From: Lytechinus pictus
Taxonomy: Eukaryota
NCBI RefSeq assembly: GCF_037042905.1
Contig: NC_087254.1
Location: 32,178,001-32,242,000, forward strand
DNA length: 64,000 bases
Reading direction: 5' to 3'
The notes under the pieces are model-generated. The model did no database searches. It saw only the letters and a program-made list of their open reading frames with translations, and was not told the origin of the DNA. The translations under genes and the position numbers were made by a program. This document shows positions 25,561-36,900 of the stretch, one piece after another. The first letter of the stretch is position 1. Every line of letters begins with the position of its first letter.

Positions 25561-26302
25561 TGACCGAGTACAGGCTATAACCACTGAACTAGAGATACGG
25601 TCAGTGGCTATAACTCCTATAACTGTAGGGGTTGTCGTTGTTTACAGGCGCAAAAATTAACTTTCTCTGAAGTTTCGAATAAAATATACCCTAAAGTTGT
25701 GAGAAACTTTAAAAGTAAGCTTCGTTTTATACTTTATCTTGGTTTGAAAAATCACTGAAATTCAAATATAAGTTTTTTTTGCGATTCTTTGATAACTTCA
25801 CTTATTGAAATACAAGTAGGGTCTTTTTGTCAGACTATCTCAGGCGCGCTTTTTCCATAGTCTTTATGCTCAGACCACTGAAATTTCCGCGGATCAGACC
25901 TAAAAATACAAATTTCCTTCATTCTTATGGCACTGTAGACGTATCTAATTTTTTCAAGAATGGAGTAACAACAAACTTTGAGTTCAATCACGCAGCTTCC
26001 ATTTTCCAAAGAAATTCAAAAGAATACACAGGTACACTGCGCTGCGCCTCTGATTGTAAAACTGAAAAGTGCAAGGTGTGTTTAAAAAGGACTTTGGAAT
26101 ATTCTTTTTTTTTATCACAAAACATAAGGAAATATATCAAACCGTTTTTATGTTCTGAAAAAAAAAGGGCTGACGATTCTATGAAAGACTGAAAGCAGTT
26201 TAAAAATGTGAAAACCTCATTATTTGACAAAAAGATGATTTTGCAAATGAATCCACAAACTTCCAGCCTCGGAATAGGCCTGCATTTTTTGTGCCACAGT
26301 AT

Positions 26303-26814
26303 ACAAATAGCGAATAGGCATGAGTGCGATGGTGCGAGATTTCGCATGAGGTGAAAGAAAGATGTTCTATTCAACGAGGCGTGAGCCGAGTTGAATAGAG
26401 CGTTTCTTTCTTTCACCTCATGCGAAATCTCGCACCATTGCACGAATAAGAATATTCGCTATTTGTGTTGTACAACGCCTCGGAATTTAGCAAAAATATG
26501 AAAAAACAAAGAGTTTATCCCTATAGTAATCTATGAAAAGGGAGCAAAAATACCGAGAGCAGAAAGCAAAATCCCACAAGCGCACATGACCTTGGGCAGC
26601 CTTGCGCATTTAGCCAGCTGGCTTATACGCGTATTGTTCATTTTTACCGAGCGCAATGAATTAAATCGTATTGTGACGTCACCTCCCAAAGCCGTGCAAC
26701 GGTACATTTTGGACGGTACATTTTGGATGGTACGTCTTTTGTGCAACGGTACGAATGTTTGACATTCAGCCTCCCATTTGCTCGCGTACAACAAGCTAAG
26801 TAGGCGTTGTACAA
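26303..26814. mobile_element. Element with ~160-bp hairpin plus second inverted pair (possibly Crypton-like non-autonomous element)
   Basis: Palindrome 26303-26466 centred on ttcaac-gaggcgtgagccga-gttgaa; ttgtacaacgcct (26468-26480) is inverted to aggcgttgtacaa (26802-26814). Family assignment is inference. Confidence 0.55.
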
Positions 26815-27050
26815 TTATGAACGACCACTGCGTTCCCAATGTGCCAGTCGATCTACTCCGTCATATTTGTAAACCCCGACTTGTGAGGAGAGCTTCATAA
26901 CAGAAACTAGTTTTTCTTTTAGTCATCCTCAGGCACTAATCGGTGGTAATTTCTCCCTCTTGTACATATTCTTGTTGTCTTTTGCCTAGTAAATAAAATA
27001 AATAAAAAATGAAATCAATTCCGACAAGAGGCAACGCAAGTATATAGGCC

Positions 27051-27423
27051 CACCAGCGTACCTACGGGGGGGGGGGGGGGGCAGTCTGTCCCCCCTGACG
27101 AGCCACAACCCATGCAAAAGACGTATCCTTGCCCCCCCCCCCCCTGACGAGCTTGAAAGACCATTCTGACGATCTGGAAGACCTTTTTTTTTTTTTTTTT
27201 TTTTTTTTTTGCTTGTCAATTTTTTTTTTCTGGTACGAAATCCTTTATTTGTGATTGAAGACCTTTTTTTTTTTTTTTTTTTTTTTGCTTGTCAATTTTT
27301 TTTCTGGTACGAAATCCTTTATTTGTGATTGAAGACCCTTTTTTTTTTTTTTTTTTTTTTGCTTGTCAAATTTTTGGGCCGACGGTTTTGCCCCCCCTGT
27401 GAAAAATCCTAGGTACGCCACTG
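27051..27423. mobile_element. hAT-type MITE with 8-bp TSD and internal poly-T tandem units
   Basis: TSD tataggcc at 27043-27050 and 27424-27431; termini caccagcgtacct / aggtacgccactg; three ~80-bp units 'gaagacc(t)n gcttgtcaa'. Confidence 0.85.
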
Positions 27424-27508
27424 TATAGGCCTATATTATAGTTATCTAGAAAAATACCCCCAAAATACCTTGCATCGAGTCCCTCTCCTCTCAGAGCGAG
27501 ATGCATGA

Positions 27509-29522
27509 GCCTAGCGTACCTATTAAAGGGGGGGGGGCAGACTGCCTCCCCCTGACGTACGAGTCACAAGCAAAAAAAAGGAAGGGAAAGAAAAAAGAAA
27601 AGAGGAAAAAGGAAAGAGTAAAGAGGGGAGAAGGGGAAAAAGAAGAAAGTTTAAGAGAAAGGGGAAAACAAAAACTGGACTGCAGATCGACTGTCGGAAA
27701 AAAATTATAAACTTTCGGGCACACGGGGCTGTTCCAACTGATTCGTTTTTTTTAGTTCTACCATCTTTGTCGGTAAATGTCAATTAAACTGCACTTGGTA
27801 ACTGTGATTTTTACGCAATGCGACTTTTAGAGCTCTCTGTACCGATAGTGAGGACGGACTGGACTGACCAGGGACAGGAAAAAGGTAAAGAACAACTTCT
27901 AGGTAATATAATTATAACAATAAAAATTTCGCGCGTAGCGCTCGCATCAGTTTTTCATGAGTTGGATATATACTAAATGTTTAGTTTTCAGGTTGAAATA
28001 TAAAAAAATTTCAGCTCGCACTTCGCGCTCGCGTCAATTGATTAGTTAGAAGCCAATTTGTTCACGGTTATAAAAAGTGCTTATAATATTCAGTTCTTAG
28101 GCCGGAATATCAAAAATTTCAGCTCGCGCTTCGTGCTCACATATAACTGTTTAGATATATCCATCCTGTTCATAGTTAAATGAAGTGCTTAGAATGTCCG
28201 GTTTTCAGGTCGGAATATAACAAATCAAAAATATATTATCAGATACCAATTTGTTGACGGTTACAAAAATTGCTTAATATCAAGTTCTTAGGTCGGAATA
28301 TCAAAGATTTCAGCTCGATCTTCGCACTCGCATAAAATTCCATCCTGTTCATAATTAAATGAAGTGCTCAGAATGTAAAGTTTTTGGGTCAAAATATAAA
28401 AAAAAAATAGCTCGCGCTTCGCGCTCACACTAATTTATTGTTTTTAACTACCATCTTTTTCATAGTAAAACAAAAAGGTGCTTAGAATTTCCACTTTTCA
28501 GGGGGAATATATCAAATTTTCAGCTCGCTCTTCGCGCTCGCATCAATTTCAGTTAGAAACCAATTTGTTCATGGTTACTAAAAGTGCTTAGAATATCCAG
28601 TTCTTAAGTCGGAATATCAAACATTTTAGCTCGCGCTTCGCGCCCACACGACTATTTAGAAATGCTTCCTCTAAAACTGTTAAAATGTTTAGTGTCCAGT
28701 TAGGAATATCAAATTTTTTAGCTCGCGCTTCGTCTCGCATAATTTATTAAAAGATACCCATCCTATTCATAATTAAATGCACAAAATGTATCGTTTTAGG
28801 TCTAAATTTTTAGAAAAAAAATCAGCTCGCGCTTCGCGCTCGCAATTATTATTTTTATATTATTTTTAAAAACTGATTTCAATGTCAAAATACCTCTTTT
28901 ATAACGTCTCCATATGAGCAGAATTTGGAACATATAATGTAAACACCTTCAAAGAGGAATAAAAGAAGTATTTTAATATAAACATTGCAATTACCACTTG
29001 ATTAGAAATATATCGATCACTATCCAATACATTTAATTTCTGGAATGATGTACAAAAAAAAAGAATTGATTTCTACAATAAAGTGCAATCGCCCGAGAGC
29101 AAATATCAGAAGTAGCAAGATCCCAACTGTTTTTTATTGGGCACCCCCTAGCTGGGTAACCTTTCCCACCTTCAGTGCCACTGCCAGACCTACACATCCA
29201 AACGCGTATGGGGGGGGGGGGGGTGGGCTGCAAAATGCAGGGCAACAAGGACTGCGAGGTGCCCAAACATCCTTGTGTATTGGTAATTTAATGACCGAAT
29301 GTATAATTTCTGCACGTTTCACATCATGTAAAAAGGCTAAATAATAATTGATTTTTTTTTCGCTCGCTCGAAAATTAAAAACTGTGAAGATGATATTTGG
29401 GGAATGATTATTAGCCCCCCCCCCCGAAAATTGTGCCTATATACGGCCTACTACCCCCAGGCTACCTTGCTCATCTTTGTCGCTTGCCCCCCCCCTGACG
29501 AAATATGCCAGGTACGCCACTG
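27509..29522. mobile_element. hAT-type MITE carrying a ~110-bp tandem array (aaattttcagctcgcgcttcgcgctcgca motif)
   Basis: Termini ..tagcgtacct / aggtacgccactg; about 8 copies of the cagctcgcgcttcgcgctcgca motif between 27925 and 28845. Confidence 0.75.
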
Positions 29523-30811
29523 GGGATGAAGGACCGGTGAGATATGCAAATGTTTTAAGAGTACATTTGCCTCTTTTCAGTGTGAAAATTCCGATTGAAA
29601 AAAGGAAGACAAAAGATGCACCATCAGTTCACTCTAAATAGGAGTCTACAACATGGGATTGTTTTCCATCACTCCGATAAAAGACTGTGATTAGGGAGTT
29701 TTACCCTCCCCCTAGATCTCTTTCGCTTAGAGAATATCTTTTGTCTATGTATTCTATGAAGCATAATTATGCCTATAATTCATGCGGCAACACTTAGCTT
29801 GAAAGGGAATGAGTTAGATGATATTCCATGTTTGTTTGTTTTTTACATTCATGCTGAAAAAAGGGAAGAATTTTTTGTTTGCTTGCTTACTTTGCTCGCT
29901 CGCACTGTAGGCATACGCCATGGCACCCTCAAAATTTTTGGCTCATCACGCTATCACCATAATTATATTATGGGAATTCTGCAGAATTTCAGTTGTTATA
30001 CTTCCAGCAACAATACAGTCGTGAGCGACGCCCATTCTCACTCTGAGCTGCCTGAGAGTAAGACTAAGTATAAACAACCGGCCAGTACGGGGTGTCAGGT
30101 GATGCTTCATGTGCCTCATGTTGTCAGCTGACGCACGCTGAGTTTCATGCCATTGCATGATCAAAATGCATAATTGTTAATTACAAAAAGCTTTCCGTTG
30201 CACTATTGTTTCTAAACACCTCGGATAATTGAGCTGAGCTGTGGCATCAGATTCAGGATAAAGACTAACGAAAGTAGACATCTGGCAGCCGTCTGTTTCG
30301 CGATTTCGAGGAGTTTTTCAACATTTTTATTTTTTTCTTAAATTTCTCTGTATTTGATAATTTGGTGAGTGGAGTCAACGCCCCGTGGCAACGGAGTTCG
30401 ATCAGTGGAACAACCAACATAGCATAACAGAGACCGAAGCTTTTGGTCTAAACGTACGTTAGCGTTACTTACTACGGTACTTAGTCTTGTTAAAAATGTT
30501 AGTCACTCAGCTCTAACTTTTACTAATAATTAGTCTAGTCCACTCACACTATGTCACTAGTACGAGGTTAGTCTAGTCTTACTACTAGACTAGTAGTACT
30601 AGGTTTAGTTTGTTTTAGTACTCGTCGTAGTAAGTCATGATTCTAATTACGAAATAGGTCAAGTGAATTCAGATTATTGTGTGAATAAGCAAACAAATGT
30701 GGATGGTCGCCATGCAGTCATGTAAAAAATCTACCATACTTTACTCACACATTATTCTTGGTTTCTTTTTACCGTAGACCTAGCTCAGGCTCAAGCATTG
30801 CTTCGAAGCTG

Positions 30812-30929
30812 ATGCAACCAGAGTCTCCAGAGACTGGCACGACAAAGATAATGATGGCAAAGTATTTCAGAGCCAGAGAGTTACAACTGTTATGTTTTCT
30901 CATTTTTGCTTCACTCAACCTTTCCACAG
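30812..30929 (+). CDS. PLBD1: PLBD1 exon 1 (signal peptide)
   Basis: [39 protein letters not shown]|gtaaat; the start could instead be the downstream MM. Confidence 0.75.
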
Positions 30930-33900
30930 GTAAATTGTTTTCTTTCTTTCCACTTTAATCTTCCAAACCTCTAAATCCCACTTTGAAAGATTATTGTTTT
31001 TAATTTTTGATAAATGAGGATTATTCTGGGAATAATGTTACCCTCCAGGGGCTCATTGCTGAAAGAGTTAGTTGCAATAAAATACAACTTGATTATTCAA
31101 CTAATTAAATAAAAGAGTTGGCACTGATCAGGTATATGTGATTTAGTCTGTACAATGCAACTCTAAAGAGGGTATTTCAACGCCTATGATAGTTGATACT
31201 ATGATGTCTCATTTTAACTAGTATTGTTACAATTATAATTTAATATTGTCATAATTATGATTATAATTATTATCACCTAGCAGATGTCTCATTTTAAAAG
31301 CGGACAATCACGTTGCATTGCACTCTAAAAGTACTCCAACTGTACAATTCTAGTTGCGATATGAGTATGTGGAAATGAGATCATTTTGAACTAAAATCTG
31401 AAAGCCACTGGCATGAAAACATAGAGATAGAAACTTAGAATGTGCCAGAGTCGCAGTGAGAGATCCAAATAGTTTCCAATAGGCTTATATTTTTAACAAA
31501 ACGGCATATACTCAATATTTCATTGAGCATGCGCATTTCTGCCCCAGAAAAATCATCTTTGATTATGTGAGAAACTGACCTATCGCTTATTTCCAGTAAA
31601 ATACTCATGAATATTCATAATGATTAAATGATTATGACAATGATAGCAAAAACAATGACTATAATGAGAGTTCAGTGTTGATAACCATGATAGTAGTGTT
31701 GCAAAAACATATTTTCTAGAACCTTCGTTTGAAATGTATTTTATTCCAAACTCTGTGATCATAATAAGGTTGATATCTTGTTGTCATTTCAGGAGAGGTT
31801 CAGGAAGCTTCTGTTTTCAAGCATGAAGATGGCACCTTCTCTGTCAGTCCAGGCATTGACAAAACAGGAGTTGCCTACGGGTCTTACAATAACACCCTTT
31901 TCCAGACGGGATGGGGAGAACTGCACCTGTTTGCGGGGTACTCGACCGGAAACAAGGCCCACTCTGACCTCGATAGAATGTATGCAGCGGGCATCTTGGA
32001 AGGTGCTCTGACAGCCAAGTATGCTGCTTTATTTAAACAGGTTTTTTGTTGGGGTTTGTCAAAAAAATTGATTGAATATATAGTGTGAAATTTTAAATAT
32101 GGATTATATGATAATCCCCTTTCTCTCTCCCTCTCTCTAATAACTGCTCTTAGGGGGTGTTGCAAGAAAATATTTGCAATCACTTGCAAATATTTTGTTG
32201 CAATTTTAGAATTGATGGATCAAATTTAGCTGTAGCAAATTGGATTACTCCTTTTTTCAAGGTGCAGATAAGCAATCAATCACGAATTTGCAATTAATTG
32301 CAAGACCCATGATTGATTTAGGGACCAAGATAGTAATAATAAGTAATAATCCGCTTTTAAACAACGTCTCTAAGCGCTTTACAGATAATAATAATAGTAA
32401 TAGCTGTATTTATAAAGCGCCTTTTGCCTGAGGATAAAAAGTGCTGCTATTATTACCCCGGCTTTAGCTCGAGCTACCATCACCGGCACTCAGTGCATAT
32501 AAGGAATTAATCCTGCCGGGTACCCATTCACCTCACCTGGGTCAAGTGCAGCACAGTGCGGATAAATTTCTTGCTGAAGGAAAACACGCCATGGTTAGGA
32601 TTCGAACTCATGACCCTCTGTTTGAAGGACGAGAGTCAGAACCACTAGACCACGACGCGCCCGGTCATTGGATCCTGGCATGCCCGTATACAATGTATCC
32701 ACCTTCTCCACTCCCTGGGGAGCATTCCAACAAGAGTTCCAAGACTCAATTGCTAGGCATACTACATAGGCTTTCGCATCCCACCAGGTACCGAATTAAC
32801 ACCTGGGTGGAGAGTGGCAAATTGTGGATTGATGCCTTGTCAAAGGATGCTAGGCCATGGTGGGATTCGAACACAAGACCCTCTGATTACAAGGCGAGAG
32901 TCAGAACCGCTACACCATGACACTTCCACAATAGAAAATTTTGTGACTGATCGCAAGTTTCTTGCAACACCCCCACAAAAGAGTGTCATCTTTAAAATGG
33001 CACACTTTGAATATCAACTACATGGATCATCAATATTATTTGCTACTGATGATGTTACTGTATTTTTTATAACATGCACCGTACCCAGGTTAGGACAATT
33101 GTCCCCATGATGTGAATTCCAAATTCCGTAAGATGCCATCTGAATCTGAGAAGAAAATTCCTGTTATATCTCGGCCTTGTTTACAGTGTAGGTGAAAACT
33201 TAAATATTTGACTGTGCCCACTCAAAAATTATATGAGCAAATGAAATAAAAATCTGAATCTAAAATTTACAGAAAATACCAAAAAACTCTTTTATAATCA
33301 GTAAAATCATGAATCAGCTTGTCATATTGCACTCATTCTCTTCTCTCAAGGCAGATATCCCAGAACCTACAGAACATAAATTCAACCTTCTTCAGTCCTG
33401 ATGGTAACCCTGAGCTCTGGGCACGGGTTGTAGATTTCTTTACAACACAAGATACATGGATGAGGGAGATGATTAAAGAGAGGGCCAATGATGACCCCTT
33501 CTGGGAGGGCGTGGCTCTCGTCCTCTCCCAGTTCGATGGCCTGATTATGGGGTATAAGATGAGTGGCTTCTCCAATGCTACATCAGTAAGTTTTATGTTC
33601 CTCTCTTAGTGAATTTGTTATTCATCTGCTAAGAAACCATAAATCCTTGTATGTCAAAAGAGGTAGATATTCAGAAAAATGAGAGAAAAAAAATCTCTTC
33701 AGGTGGGATAGTTTTGTCTTTGACATGGAACTGTAGCTTCACTTTCTAAGATAGAATGCGTAAATTGATTTGGTTATCTCTTCGTAAAAATATCTTATTA
33801 ATTTGATAAAATTGTGGGGGTGTCATGGCCTAGTGGTTTTGACTCTCATCTTTCAGTCTGCCCGCATTGTGCTGCGCTCAAGCCAGATGAGGTGAATGGG

Positions 33901-36900
33901 TACCAGGTAGGAAGAAATCACGCTTGAGCCCCTGTAGGCAGCACAGCTAAAGTTGGAGTAATAATAACAACATATTATCATGTGGTTACCTTGAGCACTC
34001 CTCGGAGTGGATATGGGTGCATTAGAAATGTGGTTATTATTAGAATAGGGATCTTTGCATGATTTTGAGGGAAGACGAAAAGCACTTTTGATTCTTAAAT
34101 CATTTACTGACCTCTTGGATCTATCCCCTGCAGGAAGACGGTTTCCTCGCCATGCAAGTCTTGAATTCCTGTGGAGATCTCATAGACCTCAAGAATGCTC
34201 TCATGCCATCTCTCATTCCAGACTGGGACAAGCTCACCAAGAAAGAGATCCTGAGGTTTGTCAGCACTTCTGGACATTGTTCTGCTCTTATCAAGGTATA
34301 TTGAAAGTAATATAGGGATGGGACCCTTGGGCGGATTTTTATTTTCTTCATTCAAGAGGAAATGTTGGTTTTTATCCTTTCTTTCCACGCATGCTGGAAG
34401 TTATTTTCTCTCCCCTGTTCTCATTTCTTTTTAAGTAAAATGTTTTGGCCATTTTATTAGTTCTAATTGATTGATTTAATGTAAGATTTACTCTGATTTA
34501 TTTTCAATAAAACATAGTCTTAATTTTTTTTTGCACAAGATATATATTGATCTTTGGACCGTCTGTCCTTGTGTGTCTGTGTATCCTTAAAGGCCAAGTC
34601 CACCCAAACCAATGACTTGAGTTGAATAAAATGAAAGAGCCTTGTATTGACAAAGTTGTCAAAATTGGATATGAAGTAAGGAAGTTATATCATGTTTAAG
34701 TTATATATTTCTTTATGAAACAGCGATGTACAGACAGCACATGATGTTGTCAACGTACTTGTGTTAAATAAAAAAAGTCTGGCTCATTTGGAACATGTAA
34801 AAGCATACTTGTAGTTCTGTGATTCAATTAAATGAAGAGCTTTCTGTGAATATATGAAAACATTTTAGAAGTTTTACATTTGTTCTCCCCCATGAAAACC
34901 AAAAAGAGTTATTTAATCTATGAGAATATTCAATATTCTGTATATATATATATGAGGGCGTGTGTGGCAGTGCAATAATAAATGATACTTGTATTCATTT
35001 CTACCACCAATTTTTTTTATTAACTGATCTAATTCCTTGTTTAGGTACTGCCAGCCTTTGAGGATGTCTTCATGTCTCATTCCAGCTGGTTCACATACAG
35101 CGCTACACTCAGGATCTACAAACATTATCATTTTAAGCTTGACTTTGAAGGAAATGCCGCTGAGGTGACTTCATTCTCCAGCTATCCAGGTAAATATATA
35201 TTCTCTGTCACAGTACCACTGGATCAGTGTTATAGGATGTGTTGCAAGAAAGGTCTTTGCAACTGATTGCAAGAATCATTTACAAAATTTTCAAAATGTG
35301 CATTTCATTGATCAATTTCATTGATTGTATATCTGTATATTCTTTTTTTTGCAAGAACTAGACAAGCAATTATTTCTGAAGTTATAACTGATTTAAAGAT
35401 ATATGACAACTTTGGGGACCTATTAATATTGACAAGCAATTTTTTTGCACATCTTCTAATTCAACAATAGAGAGGATGATAACACCTATTTAAGATCATC
35501 AGCAAATGAGTTTAAACATTTACCCATTAGAGCTTAGATGCCTTTGAGCAACAGATTAAGTTTTAGCTTTGTTTATCCCTGGTCCGGGAATATAATTTTC
35601 ATATTCTATTGGTTAACAGTATAAACTCTTTCATTCAAATTTGTGTATATTCTGATGACTCAAGAAATGATGCCAGGTTTTAATTCAATCATTTGATACA
35701 TATAGATTATAATGATAGGGATCAGACTGGAAGAATTTTGTGTACAAAATTGAAAATTTAGACCAGAATGATTTGATGAAAAAATATGAGATGCCAATTG
35801 AACCATAGTGGCATCTCATCTCAACATTTACTTTGTCTCTTATTTTTTAATGTTTTGAATTACAGAAGCGAAGATAATCTCTAGGAATTTTCAATAGGAT
35901 ATATCCAGCAAATATCTGAAATATATTGACTTGTGTTTGACCTGTTTTTTCTTGTTATTGCTTTACTTTTAAGGGTTCTTGGAATCTTTGGATGATTTTT
36001 ACATCATGAGCAGTGGACTGTCAATGTTACAAACCACAAACAACGTCTTCAACAAGACACTCTACAAATTTGTCCAACCTCAGTCACTGTTGGCATGGCA
36101 ACGGGTGCGGGTCGCCAACATGATGGCGAGAAGTGGAAAGCAATGGGCAGATATTGTAGCCAGATACAACTCAGGTAATAAACGATAGTGTATTTTGATT
36201 GTAACGGTTGTGAAAGATTAACTATGGTACTGGTAAATACAGAGAATGAAATGTTCACAGAATTGAACAAAACTTACACAGAGTTATAAAAACAGTAAAT
36301 ATACGATATCTGCCAAGCAATTCTCTAAGGAAAATGTAAATTACAGAGTAATGGAGCAAATAAAGATCAGAAAAATTACTGAAAGTTGCCCGTCCATTTA
36401 TTATTTTATTTAAAATTTGTTGCTATAGCATATTTGAAATTTGTTATTCTGGCATATGATAAACATTATCAGATTGCTTTCAACCATTTCCTATCAAAAT
36501 TATATTTCTATACCAAAACTCAAACTTAGTTTGAACAGTGTCTTTTAAAAATCAACGTCGAAGCATATTATAACTTTAGGGAGAGATACAGTTTCTTACT
36601 TTTCTTTCATGATTTACCCTTTATTTCAGGAACCTACAACAATCAGTACATGATCATCGACAGAACCAAGATCAAACCAAAGATTGCCATCTTGGATGAT
36701 GCATTGTGGGTAGTGGAACAGGTTCCGACACTTGTAGCCTCAGGAGATCAAACCAACATTTTAAGAGCAGGTATGTGGAAATTTAGATTGTTATCAATCA
36801 AATTGGGCCTACATAGAGACCTACTCGATTGCAATCTCATATTGAATAGGTATCTATTCAATATTTTCAAGGTGTGGTCTTCTTGCTAGTGAAGTAGAAC

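Noticed and set aside
25099-25563. 154-aa plus-strand ORF
   Set aside because: Non-ATG start, no recognisable domain, and antisense to the GC-rich probable MiD first exon; likely a chance ORF.
27491-27783. Lys/Glu-rich and Phe-rich ORFs
   Set aside because: Translations of a purine-rich low-complexity tract inside a MITE.
27925-28845. CRISPR-like array (conserved motif with variable-looking spacers)
   Set aside because: The 'spacers' are homologous to one another, the array is inside a eukaryotic MITE, and there are no cas genes.
25560-30800. Shared bidirectional promoter for MiD and PLBD1
   Set aside because: The 5' ends are ~5 kb apart and separated by several TEs; each has its own GC-richer 5' region.
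32560-32925. tRNA genes
   Set aside because: A/B boxes are present but run into SINE body and (AAT)n tails; no complete cloverleaf, so these are tRNA-derived SINEs.
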